DNA of 63,779 bases, filler included, from Folioceros fuciformis (taxonomy: Eukaryota), in the NCBI GenBank assembly GCA_049999805.1. It is 5 parts of 4 records of this genome, joined end to end, with 100 filler letters (N's around TTAATTAATTAA, not from the genome) between each part and the next. Parts side by side here need not be neighbours in the genome. Positions count along the whole stretch, not along the records: positions 48,745 to 55,041 come from JBNGIO010006362.1; positions 55,142 to 58,341 come from JBNGIO010006366.1; positions 58,442 to 63,779 come from JBNGIO010006375.1; 2 more parts are not named here. One strand, given 5' to 3'. Under the pieces are notes generated by a model that saw nothing but the letters and a program-made list of their open reading frames with translations, did not search any database and was not told the DNA's origin. How positions within the stretch are numbered: the first letter of the stretch is position 1; each line of letters begins with the position of its first letter. Of this stretch, positions 49,339 to 59,707 are shown piece by piece. The translations under genes were made by a program, and so were the position numbers.

Positions 49339-50046
49339 ATGGCTACCAATGGAAACAATGTCTGGCGCATTCCTGTTGAGCGTGCAAACAACAACAGGAG
49401 GCAGCAAAATGGAAATCAAAACAGGCACAATCTTGTTGAGTACATCCATCAACACATCGTGACATGGCTGTTGCGCAATCAAGATCTGTCTGATCTCTGC
49501 AGAAACCTACAGGAGGCCTTCAATACAATAGTGGAGACTCTCTACCCTGGTCAGAGATATTTGACTTTTGCTCCTTACTTTCCCAGACAGTCGATTCCAC
49601 AAGTGGTGCGATTGCAGCGATCTTCTGGTGGTAACCCTAATCATAGGGGACTTCTCACAACACATGCTGCATCAGACACAGGGATTTTTCAGTTACTAAC
49701 CAGGCTTGAATCATATCAAAACCACATAAAAAGAAATCATGGCAGTGTCATTCGACGCCTTATTGAGTCTAGTGCTGGTATTCAAAGTCTGAAAGAACAA
49801 ATCTCTCACCTGAATTTCAAACTGTTGACTTTGTCGAGATCACATTTGCTTGCTAATTCCCCTCATTCTGGAGTATTACGCAGGCATACAAATAAGACAA
49901 ACAGAAGTCACAGATTTGATGCACCCAATTGTTGCCCATCATACTCCACCCACGCAAACAATAAGTGGAAGATGAGGCATTTAAAACTAGAAAACAGTTC
50001 AACAGCAGCACAGTGCAGAGTTTCAAACCCTGTTTATGTTCTGTGA
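49339..50046 (+). CDS. Accessory ORF2 of copia B (235 aa, coiled-coil segment)
   Basis: ATG-initiated, between PBS and gag; similar to ORF 22601-23149. Confidence 0.65.
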   Translation: MATNGNNVWRIPVERANNNRRQQNGNQNRHNLVEYIHQHIVTWLLRNQDLSDLCRNLQEAFNTIVETLYPGQRYLTFAPYFPRQSIPQVVRLQRSSGGNPNHRGLLTTHAASDTGIFQLLTRLESYQNHIKRNHGSVIRRLIESSAGIQSLKEQISHLNFKLLTLSRSHLLANSPHSGVLRRHTNKTNRSHRFDAPNCCPSYSTHANNKWKMRHLKLENSSTAAQCRVSNPVYVL

Positions 50047-50172
50047 TTGCTGATGTCTTCATGAACCAGGTATCATTTGTCCCCTAACATCTGTTCCTAG
50101 AACTCTGTTGTGATTAACCTGCACAGCACAGGTTACAACTTCACACATTAGTGTCTGTTAAATCCTACAAAC

Positions 50173-53100
50173 ATGGGTGACGAAGATACCACACCCAAAC
50201 TGTCCTATAACATAGGCAGTGACATGTTTAAGGAAAAGGACAGGTTCGGAGGGGAGAATTACGATATCTGGGTAATGAGGATGCAGGGTGCTCTTCAGAA
50301 CAGAGGACTCTGGGATGTAACAACCGGAGATGATAAGTTAGATACAGATGATGCAGCAACTGTCAAGGCATGGACAGTCAGAAATGACGCAGCCATGTAC
50401 ATGATACGGTGTGGCCTAACCTCTGAAATGTTGAGGCACACTTCAGGAGCAGTATCTGCATCAGATATCTGGTCTAGACTCCGTGAGCTTTACTCTGGTG
50501 GAAATTCAACCAGTCAGATGGCAGCCCTCAAAAACCTTCAACTCTGCAAGATGCGAGATGGTGACTCAGTAGAAAAGCACATTGCTACTTTCAGACATCT
50601 TGTTTCTAAGTTGGAAGGAACAACACAGGAAGCCATCAAGGAAGATATGTTAGCACTTTATTTAATGCTTTCTTTACCTGCCTCCTGGTCGAATTTTGTG
50701 ACTTCTTATAACACCTCACAGGCACAAGCTCAGAAACTGGCATCTGCAGCCAGGATCAAGCTACCTGCCATGACCTTTTCTGAGTTAGTGGGAGCACTTC
50801 TTCAAGAAGAAGCCACGAGAGGTGGACCTAAGCATGGGAAACAGCAAGCACTCTACACCTCAAACAAGGGCAGAGGAAACAAACCATACCCTAGAGGCAA
50901 AAATACTACACCTATTGCAGGGAGCTCACAGGGAGCTTCCTCACAGAAGAAACCCAAGAAGACCGGGAAATGCAACTGGTGCAAAATTCCCGGCCATTGG
51001 GAAAACGAGTGTCGTAAGAAGCAGGCTGGCATACCTCGCAAGGAGGGCAATGCGAATGCTGAAACACACGTTGTAGTAAAGAAGCAATCCTCTCCTTCCG
51101 CCCTGACAGTAGGGGTAAGGGAGTTTGCTCAACCTCTAGTCTTTCCCACATGCTTATCTGCCATAGCAGAGTCTAGACCATTTCAAGAGTGGTACTTAGA
51201 CACAGGTGCAACAGCGCACATTTGCTTTGATAGAAGTGCCTTCTCCACCTACAGACAAGTAAAGGATCAGTTTGTCTATTTAGGTGATGACAGGGCATTG
51301 GTATCTCCAGGAAAGGGCACAGTGTTCCTTCCTGTCCCTTCAGGGCTAAAACTGTCCCTTACCAATGTTTACTATGTGCCTGGAATGACTAGGAACCTCA
51401 TTTCTGTCAGGCAACTGAACATAGACAACAACAGTCACATTCTGTTTACCCCCACAGAGTGCCAGATCCTTGATGCATTTGATCATCGCAAGGTTTTAGC
51501 TTATGGATCTTCTGACCATGATCTATTCCGACTTCACTTGCACAGTATCCCTGTGCAGTCCCACTTGACGTCACAAGGTGACCTCTCACCTTCACATCAA
51601 ACAGACAAAGCCATATTATGGCACAATAGGTTAGGTCATCCACATGGTGCTAAGCTGCAAAAACTGGCTACCAGTGACCTATACTATGATGGAAAGATTG
51701 GCACTCTTCCTACCTTACCCCTGTGTGAAGCTTGTGTGTTATCTAAGCGTCACCAAGCAGCCTTCAAAAACAGGACCCCACACAGAGCCTCTGATGTCCT
51801 CGAGCTAGTCCACACTGATATTTGTGGGCCACTGTCACAGCCTTCCATAGGTGGTGGCAAGTATTTCTTAACCTTCACTGATGACAAGACAAGGTTTGTC
51901 ATGGCTTATATCTTGAAGGCCAAAAGTGAAGCCTTCTCTCAATTCAAAACTTATTTAAAATTTGTTGAGAGATGGACAGGACAACAGCTCAAGACCCTCC
52001 GCTCCGATAACGGAGGAGAATTCACATCTAACGAATTTCAAACATATTGTGCAGAGGAGGGTATTGGGCGCCAACTCACCGTCGTGTATACACCACAGCA
52101 AAATGGCGTTGCAGAGCGCCTGAATTTGACTTTGCAGGAGATGGTTTCCTCCTTGCTGCATCAGGCTACCTTACCATTGCCCTATTGGGCTGAGGCCCTA
52201 ATGACAGCTGTGTATTTACGAAATAGATTACCTACCACTGCAGTTGTAGGTCAGACGCCATATGAGGCTTTCTTTGGCAGGAAACCGTCTATCCTTCATC
52301 TTCGAACCTTTGGTTGTATCGCTTATGCTTTCATCCCGAATGAGAAGCGTAAGAAGCTATCTGCAAAAGCCAGAAAACTCCTTATGATAGGCTACACTGA
52401 GGGCATAAAAGCTTATAAACTGTATGATGTCCCTCAGAACAAGGTGGTATATGCACGAAGCGTTACCTTTGACGAAGGACGTGTTTGGACGCCAGTGGGA
52501 ACACCTCCCACTCCAGATGATAGTGATGATCTGTCTGTTCTCCCCAATATCACTTTCTTTGATGACTCAACACCTGAGGAGATTGCTCCTGCAGGGGGGG
52601 ATGAGCATGATAATCAAGATAATCAAGTTAATCAAGTTGACCCAGCAGAGGACGATGCTTTTGCTGACCTTGATGAGCAGCAGCAGCAACCTCCCATTGC
52701 TATTGAGCTACAACCAGAACCGGACATACTAGATCCAGATTATGATGACGTTGCAGACGATGCAGCCGTTGTTCTGGACAGTGATGATGATGCTGATGCA
52801 GTTGAACAGCTACCACATCCTGAACCCCCACCTGAACGTCGATACCCTGCAAGAGAAAGACGTGCACCTGATTACTATCAATCACATGATTTCAGGTCAA
52901 GTTCAGCACGTGCTAATGCTATGAGTCTGGACCCTACAGAGCCTCGCACCTATGAAGAAGCTATGAGTAGGCCAGATGCTGCAGAGTGGAAAAAGGCCGT
53001 TCAGTCTGAGTATGACAGCCTCATCAAGAATGGCACTTGGGAACTCGCAAAATTACCTCCTGGACGCAAAATGGTGTCCTGTAAATGGGTATTTAAACTC

Positions 53101-54531
53101 AAGGTTAAAGCAGATGGTACCTTTGATAGGTACAAAGCCAGACTCGTTGCTCGTGGCTTCTCCCAAGTACCAGGTCTGGATTATCTGGAAACTTATGCTC
53201 CTATGGTGAAGCTAGCCACGTTTCGTGTTCTCTGCGCAGTAGCAGCACACCATGACTATGAGTTGGAAATGTTTGACGTCAAAACAGCCTTCTTACATGG
53301 CAAGCTGGATACTGAAATCTATATGCAGCAACCAATGGGCTACGTAGTAAAGGGAAAAGAGGACCATGTTCTTCGCCTAATCAAGACCCTGTATGGTTTA
53401 AAACAGTCAGCTCTTGAATGGAATGCAGTCTTAGATGAGGAACTGCGAGCTTTAGGCTTCATCAAATGTGTTTCAGACAGTAGCCTGTATGTCTATAGGG
53501 CTGGAGACACTGTATGTTACCTTGCTGTGTATGTGGACGACTTGATACTCGCATGTAACAGTCCCTCCTTTATCACAAAAATTAATGGCCTCCTATCCAA
53601 GAAGTTCGATATGTCAAACTTAGGAGCTTTACAAAGCTGCCTTGGCATTCATATTCAGAGAGATCGAAAGAAAAGAGTTTTAACTCTCACTCAACCAAGA
53701 TACCTTCTTGATAGCGTAGACCAGCTTGGACTCAAGGATGCAAAGCCTGCAGTCACACCTCTACCAAGTGGACTTAAGCTCAGCAAATCCATGAGCCCAC
53801 AAACGCAAGCTGAAAAGGACAAAATGCTTCCTATCCCTTACCGCAAGGCAGTAGGAAAGCTCATATATGCAGCAAACACTACTCGTCCTGAAGTGGCATA
53901 TTCCACAAGTGTGCTCTCACAATACTTGGAAAACCCTGCACAGGAGCACTGGACTTGTGTTAAGAGGGTATTTCGATACTTGAAGGGGACAGCACAGTAT
54001 GGAATCGTTTACAAATACAAACCTGATGCCTCCCTTGAACTGGATGTATATACCGATTCAGACTACGCTGGTGACATAGACAGTAGAAGATCTGTCTCTG
54101 GATATATCGTCATGTTTGCTAGGGGACCAATCTGTTGGTCCAGCAAGAAGCAACCAACGGTTGCTCTTTCAAGCACAGAAGCCGAGTACCGTGTCCTCAC
54201 AGCCGCTTCTAAAGAAATTGCTTGGTGCAAGCTGCTTTTCAATGAACTCGGACTACCTCTCCCCACCTGCACAGTGATCAAAACAGACAGTCAGGGTTCT
54301 ATAAACCTTGCACAAAACCCTGTGCATCACTCACGGACAAAACACGTTGAGGTGGAGTATCATTTCATCAGAGACTTGATTAAGAGTGGACAGGTTATAC
54401 TTGAGTATGTGCCAACAGCAGAAAATCCAGCAGATATTATGACAAAAGCCCTAGGTAGGGAGCTGCACGAGAGGCACATGAAATGTTTAGGAATGGGGAA
54501 GCCGAATGACTTCCTCAGTCCTGCAGTTTAG
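50173..54531 (+). CDS. Copia gag-pol polyprotein (gag, CCHC, protease, integrase, RT, RNase H), 1452 aa
   Basis: CNWCKIPGHWENEC, WYLDTGAT, VHTDICGP, RSDNGGEF, YVDD, TDSDYAGD, HSRTKHVEVEYHFIR in copia order. Confidence 0.97.
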   Translation: MGDEDTTPKLSYNIGSDMFKEKDRFGGENYDIWVMRMQGALQNRGLWDVTTGDDKLDTDDAATVKAWTVRNDAAMYMIRCGLTSEMLRHTSGAVSASDIWSRLRELYSGGNSTSQMAALKNLQLCKMRDGDSVEKHIATFRHLVSKLEGTTQEAIKEDMLALYLMLSLPASWSNFVTSYNTSQAQAQKLASAARIKLPAMTFSELVGALLQEEATRGGPKHGKQQALYTSNKGRGNKPYPRGKNTTPIAGSSQGASSQKKPKKTGKCNWCKIPGHWENECRKKQAGIPRKEGNANAETHVVVKKQSSPSALTVGVREFAQPLVFPTCLSAIAESRPFQEWYLDTGATAHICFDRSAFSTYRQVKDQFVYLGDDRALVSPGKGTVFLPVPSGLKLSLTNVYYVPGMTRNLISVRQLNIDNNSHILFTPTECQILDAFDHRKVLAYGSSDHDLFRLHLHSIPVQSHLTSQGDLSPSHQTDKAILWHNRLGHPHGAKLQKLATSDLYYDGKIGTLPTLPLCEACVLSKRHQAAFKNRTPHRASDVLELVHTDICGPLSQPSIGGGKYFLTFTDDKTRFVMAYILKAKSEAFSQFKTYLKFVERWTGQQLKTLRSDNGGEFTSNEFQTYCAEEGIGRQLTVVYTPQQNGVAERLNLTLQEMVSSLLHQATLPLPYWAEALMTAVYLRNRLPTTAVVGQTPYEAFFGRKPSILHLRTFGCIAYAFIPNEKRKKLSAKARKLLMIGYTEGIKAYKLYDVPQNKVVYARSVTFDEGRVWTPVGTPPTPDDSDDLSVLPNITFFDDSTPEEIAPAGGDEHDNQDNQVNQVDPAEDDAFADLDEQQQQPPIAIELQPEPDILDPDYDDVADDAAVVLDSDDDADAVEQLPHPEPPPERRYPARERRAPDYYQSHDFRSSSARANAMSLDPTEPRTYEEAMSRPDAAEWKKAVQSEYDSLIKNGTWELAKLPPGRKMVSCKWVFKLKVKADGTFDRYKARLVARGFSQVPGLDYLETYAPMVKLATFRVLCAVAAHHDYELEMFDVKTAFLHGKLDTEIYMQQPMGYVVKGKEDHVLRLIKTLYGLKQSALEWNAVLDEELRALGFIKCVSDSSLYVYRAGDTVCYLAVYVDDLILACNSPSFITKINGLLSKKFDMSNLGALQSCLGIHIQRDRKKRVLTLTQPRYLLDSVDQLGLKDAKPAVTPLPSGLKLSKSMSPQTQAEKDKMLPIPYRKAVGKLIYAANTTRPEVAYSTSVLSQYLENPAQEHWTCVKRVFRYLKGTAQYGIVYKYKPDASLELDVYTDSDYAGDIDSRRSVSGYIVMFARGPICWSSKKQPTVALSSTEAEYRVLTAASKEIAWCKLLFNELGLPLPTCTVIKTDSQGSINLAQNPVHHSRTKHVEVEYHFIRDLIKSGQVILEYVPTAENPADIMTKALGRELHERHMKCLGMGKPNDFLSPAV

Positions 54532-54540
54532 TGACCCAAA

Positions 54541-54907
54541 CTACCAATCATATCCCCAGTCTACGCTGTTTTCTTCCACACTATTTACAGCCACACTTGC
54601 ACGACTGCCAAAGGAATCAGGCTCAGAGGAATCAGGATCATGTTCGGAAGGAGTGGTGAAGCTCTCATCCGATCTTGGAGAGTTTCTCTTCCTACGCTCC
54701 ACGTAGGAGATCCTCTCCTCAGTCTCAAGGCTGTGCTCTTCCTCCAGCCTTAGTTCAGATCCTGCAGGGCAAGTGGGAGCTTGTTAGAGAACTGTGAGAA
54801 GAAAGCAATGGGGATGCTGACATAAAAGTAGACAGGGAACACTTACTGTAAAAGCTGACCACATGGCGCTGATACTCGCGGCAGTGCTCTATCCTCTCTC
54901 GTATCAT
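54541..54907 (-). CDS. Candidate spliced antisense gene in the 3' region of copia B; exons 54907-54847 and 54761-54541 (~93 aa)
   Basis: GTAAGT donor, CTAAC branch point ~20 nt before a TGCAG acceptor, 85-nt intron joining two open frames in phase. Confidence 0.45.
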
Positions 54908-55267
54908 CTTCAGATGGGTGTAAGGGCACTTATACCACAGAGGGGTACAAGGAATAGCAAAAGAACCAAGGCTCACAATCTTGGTTTCCTCATCAGTAAA
55001 GGAAATTATGTTAGTTTAGGTTAGTAGTTTCATAATCAGTTNNNNNNNNNNNNNNNNNNNNNNNNNNNNNNNNNNNNNNNNNNNNTTAATTAATTAANNN
55101 NNNNNNNNNNNNNNNNNNNNNNNNNNNNNNNNNNNNNNNNNCCTTGGTCCTTAGCATAAATTGGTATCACTCCCTTACCCAAGGCCTTATGATGTACATT
55201 GCTGCCCTTATTATCTGTCTATCTATCTATATATATATATATTATCTTGGTCACAACGATGAAGATC

Positions 55268-55368
55268 ATATATAACTATCTAAAAGGGTCCGATCATCTA
55301 TAACTATCCAAAAGGGTCCATCTCTATAACTATCCAAAAGAGTCCACCTATAACTATCCAAAAGGGTC
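55268..55368 (+). repeat. ~23-bp tandem repeats (CTATAACTATCCAAAAGGGTCC)
   Basis: 4 copies, repeated again at 58268-58341. Confidence 0.85.
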
Positions 55369-55561
55369 TCTATCTTTGCAGACGTCAAAAGTGGCAAGTA
55401 TTGGATGGATATCAAAATGAGAGCCTCCCTTAATGGCCAAACTTCATTCCTATTGAGAAGCCTTGGGGACATACATATATAGTAAGAACTAACATAGTAT
55501 TACCTCGATAATGCTAAATGATATATATATATATATATATATAGTTAAAATCAATATAGTA

Positions 55562-55729
55562 TTATCTCGATAATGTTAAATGAGGAACAAATATTTGTGA
55601 TGTCCGTGTCTTAGGTGATATGTAGAGCTCGGATTCATCCCTCTCCCCAACCAAGAACTTATGAACGAGTCCGTCCATGTCCGTCCACCGGCTCTGACCT
55701 GGGTGCTTCCAATGTTGATGCGCATCCAT
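55562..55729 (-). pseudogene. Captured fragment of a PPR PG-box (WW-type) region
   Basis: MDAHQHWKHPGQSRWTDMDGLVHKFLVGE..FVPHL versus WKDPGQSWWTDTGGLVHIFVAGH..CVPHV in the PPR at 31564-34236. Confidence 0.75.
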
Positions 55730-55914
55730 GGGTTGCTTAAGGACAAAGTTTCCATTGAAGTGGGTGTAGAAACTTCGAGTTGTTTGCTTGTATAATGAAG
55801 GCTCAAAGATTAGATATCTTAACTTGAAATCCTGGACTCTTGGTCTCCCACCTCATGCTATTTAATTACTAGATGCGTATGCCGAAAGGTTTAGATTCCA
55901 AGCATCGAGGCGCA

Positions 55915-56225
55915 ATCCTAGGTTTATTGTCGACTCATTTACTTTAAGATGCCATTTACTTTAAGAAGACACATACATCTTAGGTTTATTTCGGATCTAT
56001 TTACGTTACGACGTCATATACATCCTAGGTTTATTGTGGACTCATTTACTTTAAGATGTCATGTACATTCTAGGTTTATTGTGAACCCATTTACTTTAAG
56101 AAGACACATACCATCTTAGGTTTGTTGTGGATCCATTTACTTTAAGATGTCACATACATCCTAGGTTTATTGTTAACCCAATTACTTTAAGAAGACACAT
56201 ACATCCTAGGTTTATTGTGGACCCA
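55915..56225 (+). repeat. ~39-42-bp tandem repeats (CATACATCCTAGGTTTATTGTGGACCCATTTACTTTAAGA)
   Basis: About 8 copies, plus two further copies at ~56645-56715. Confidence 0.88.
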
Positions 56226-57375
56226 TGTCGTGTGCACAATTGACAAGACCATGTGATCGGTGCGCAATAATATGCAAGACCATGTGATCCAAGCTTTAGC
56301 TTTGAGAAATGTGGAGACAAATAGTGGAGATTTTGTGGTGTTTGAAAGAGACAAATACTTCACTTTTACAAGCTTACAACTGCTATAGACATCGTTGAGC
56401 TAGGCCTTTATGCTTGCTGCTACATGAGCCTCACCTTATTGCAACCACGTCCCCACATCTAGTTTTGTGTCTATCTTGTTGGCTTTACATTATATTTGTG
56501 TAATTATCGTAACTAAATATTTTATTAACTACCACTCATTCTTCTTATTATTATAACTTAATATTAACTAATTATTTTTTTGCATGCACCTAAGCGGCAA
56601 CACATGATCATGCTTTACATTACACGCATTTTCATTAAGACAAATGCATCTTAGGTTTATTGTGGACCCATTTACTTCAAGAGGTAAAATACATCTAGGT
56701 TTATCGTGGACCCACTTCATGCAAACGCATGATTTTTCAAGAACATGGATGGTTAAACCATATTGTGGTTTAACGGTCGATGTAGTTTTGCTTAAACAAT
56801 AAAGGATAGGGTGGATAGGATATTCATCCTACCTATATTATGATGTTTTATGCATGTAATATGGGTGTCGTTACAGCCTTGGTTCTAGCCTTTCATGTAT
56901 CTTGTATTCTTTTATATATCTCATAACTACATAACTATTAAGCTAGGAAACATTCGCACCGTTTCGACTGATAAAATACTGTCCTTCTTAAGAGTTTTTG
57001 CATAGAACAATATGTGAAAGCATGTACACTTGCATGCCTCACACTACTTCAATCTACCCCATAATGAACAAGTATTTTATAATAATAAATTACATTAATA
57101 TAGAGATCTTAGGTTCTCTTGAGAAGACTAAGAATAATATACCTAGTGATGAAAAAGTATTTTATTATAATAAATTACATTAATGTAGTGGACTTAGATT
57201 TTCTCTAGAAGACTTTTAATAAAGTTAGTTGCTAGAGGGGAAATTTCACGTCCAGCAATCGAGCTCAACGCTCCTGCAAGTTGCAATTAAAAGGATGTAA
57301 GTACGCAAAGATAAAGCCCACATGAGGCAAGGGGAATAGAAGTTAAATAGTTTCAATAGCTAAACAAACAAATAG

Positions 57376-58041
57376 TTATCGTTTGTACTTACTAAAGATA
57401 GCATGATGCTCGCATCCTTCCTTCATCGCGTGTCCTTGCATGATCGACCTCACCCGGGCATCTATATGGTACTCAAGACCATTATCGATGTTGTTTGAAT
57501 CTAGGGAATCAGGAGAAGTATCTTGTCCCGAGACCTGGCCTTGGTGATGGGACATCATAAAGTTTCGCTTTAGCTCATCCAACGTGTAGTATTTTTTGCT
57601 TCCGACTGGGGATACCAGATGATGAGCCAAAAGTTCACCTTTCTCTAGCTTTGCTAGAAGCTGAGAAAGAGGGATGCAATCGTGTTTAGCTCTAGTCTTT
57701 GGATCAATGTACCACCAAGTACTAGCCAATACAACCATTGGCATAGGTGACTCCAATGACGCAGATGAAGTTGCATGACAAAGTGCCGGTGTGTTTGCAG
57801 TTGTAGCATTGCTTCGTCTTGTTGCAACATGACGAGACAACACTGGTGCATCTTTACCTATCAAACTCTTCCCTTTTCTCGCAACTTGTTGATGCTCATA
57901 CTTGCCCCATCCTGCAGCTTTAAACTTTTCTTGCCACTTGGTTCGAGGCTTGTGTAAGGCCTTGTGAACATCCTTGCCCTTGCCCTTGCCCTTGCCCTTG
58001 CCCTTGCCCTTGCCCTCGCCTTTATCCTTGCGATTCTCCAT
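57376..58041 (-). CDS. ORF with (GK)n tract and GYF-like segment resembling the SDG2/ATXR3 N-terminal region
   Basis: STWWYIDP..LSQLLAKLEKGELLAHHLV and EYHIDARVRSIMQG; GTAAGT donor near 57392 suggests further exons. Confidence 0.55.
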   Translation of the reverse strand: MENRKDKGEGKGKGKGKGKGKGKDVHKALHKPRTKWQEKFKAAGWGKYEHQQVARKGKSLIGKDAPVLSRHVATRRSNATTANTPALCHATSSASLESPMPMVVLASTWWYIDPKTRAKHDCIPLSQLLAKLEKGELLAHHLVSPVGSKKYYTLDELKRNFMMSHHQGQVSGQDTSPDSLDSNNIDNGLEYHIDARVRSIMQGHAMKEGCEHHAIFSKYKR

Positions 58042-58442
58042 TGAACAATCTTCGGTTTTAGTGACACTAACTCAAGTCTTGGTTTTAGGCATTGATGATT
58101 TTAGCAACACCAACTCAAGTCTGGACGTGCTAAACACCCCTTGGTCCTTAGCATAAATTGGTATCACTCCCTTACCCAAGGCCTTATGATGTACATTGCT
58201 GCCCTTATTATCTGTCTATCTATCTATATATATATATATTATCTTGGTCACAACGATGAAGATCATATATAACTATCTAAAAGGGTCCGATCATCTATAA
58301 CTATCCAAAAGGGTCCATCTCTATAACTATCCAAAAGAGTCNNNNNNNNNNNNNNNNNNNNNNNNNNNNNNNNNNNNNNNNNNNNTTAATTAATTAANNN
58401 NNNNNNNNNNNNNNNNNNNNNNNNNNNNNNNNNNNNNNNNNG

Positions 58443-59707
58443 ATGGATGTGAAGTCGGCATTTTTGCATGGTGATCTCCAGGAAGAGGTATACATGCAGC
58501 AACCAGAGGGTTTCATTGAGAAGGGCAAAGAGAATCTAGTGTGCAGGTTAAAGAAAAGCCTTTATGGTTTGAAGCAGGCACCCAGGGAGTGGTATTTCAA
58601 GTTCCACTCATTTATGCTTTCTCAAGGCTACAAGCGTAGCGATGAGGATCATCGCCTCTATACGAAGCAAGCTAAGGATGGAAGCTTGCTCATTATGGTC
58701 CTCTACGTGGATGATATGCTAATTGCTGGGACTAACAGTGATGAGATTTCAACGTTGAAGTCAAAGTTGAATGGTCGCTTTGACATGACAGACTTGGGAG
58801 AGGCAAGCCATATTCTTGGCATGCGTATTCGTCGAGACAGACAGAAGCGTTTGTTGTACTTGTCTCAGACTAAATCCATTAACAAGGTGCTTCAACGTTT
58901 CAATATGGAGAAGGGGAAGGTATTAAGTACTCCGTTGCCTCCATATGTGAAACTGTCGAGCAAGGATTGCCCAAGCTCTGCGGAGGACAAAGTTGAAATG
59001 GAGAACGTTCCATACTCATCAGCTGTAGGGAGTTTGATGTATGCAATGATTGCCACACGTCCTGACATTGCCTTTGCAGTGGGAGTGGTTAGCAGGTTTA
59101 TGTCAAACCCTGGCAGGAAGCATTGGGAGGCAGTGAAAGGAGTTATGAGGCACTTGAATGGTACGAAAGCTTTGTGCTTATGTTTTGGTAGTGAAGATGC
59201 ATCTGTCGTGGGATATACGGATGCTGATTGTGCAGGGGATATGGACAAAAGGAGGTCCACATCAGGTTACGTCTTCATGTGCACAGGAGGGGCAGTCTCA
59301 TGGCGATCTCGTTTGCAATCATGCATAACGCTATCTACCACAGAGGCCGAGCATGTTGCAGCAACTGAGGCATGCAAGGAAGCCATATGGCTTGCTCGTC
59401 TAGTGGGCGATTTAGGGATCAAGGTTGACCTGCCAGTGTTGCATTGTGATAGCCAAAGTGCTATTCAATTGGCAAAGAATCCAGTGTTTCATGCGAAGAC
59501 CAAACATGTGGAAGTGAAGTATCACTTCATTCGAGAGGTGTTGGAAGACAAGAGGGTACAACTTGTCAAAGTTCACACCAGTCAAAACCCTGCAGATGTT
59601 CTTACCAAGGGGCTCTCTTCGGAGCAAGACGGATGAATAGGACCATCCAGGAGCGGATGCGTAGTTTATTGTCAAACTCTGGATTGCCTAACGGATTTTG
59701 GGCCGAA
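58443..59707 (+). mobile_element. Copia RT-RNase H fragment (different lineage from A-C) followed by a displaced copia integrase fragment
   Basis: MDVKSAFLHG, LYVDDMLI, YTDADCAGD, HAKTKHVEVKYHFIR; then MNRTIQERMRSLL..FWAE. Confidence 0.9.

Larger units (their letters stand above)
48746..55041 (+). mobile_element. Ty1/copia element B with intact gag-pol; 3' LTR lost in gap
   Basis: Probable 5' LTR 48746-48978, PBS TGGTATCAGAGC at 48979, uninterrupted polyprotein. Confidence 0.95.
55142..58341. repeat. ~2997-bp repeat unit whose first ~200 bp recur at the contig end (collapsed tandem array or long direct repeat)
   Basis: 55142-55344 appears identical to 58139-58341; both contig ends abut gaps. 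Confidence 0.85.

Noticed and set aside
55915-56225. CRISPR-like appearance of regularly spaced repeats (also 2040-2345)
   Set aside because: Contiguous degenerate tandem units with no unique spacers, no cas genes, and a eukaryotic context.
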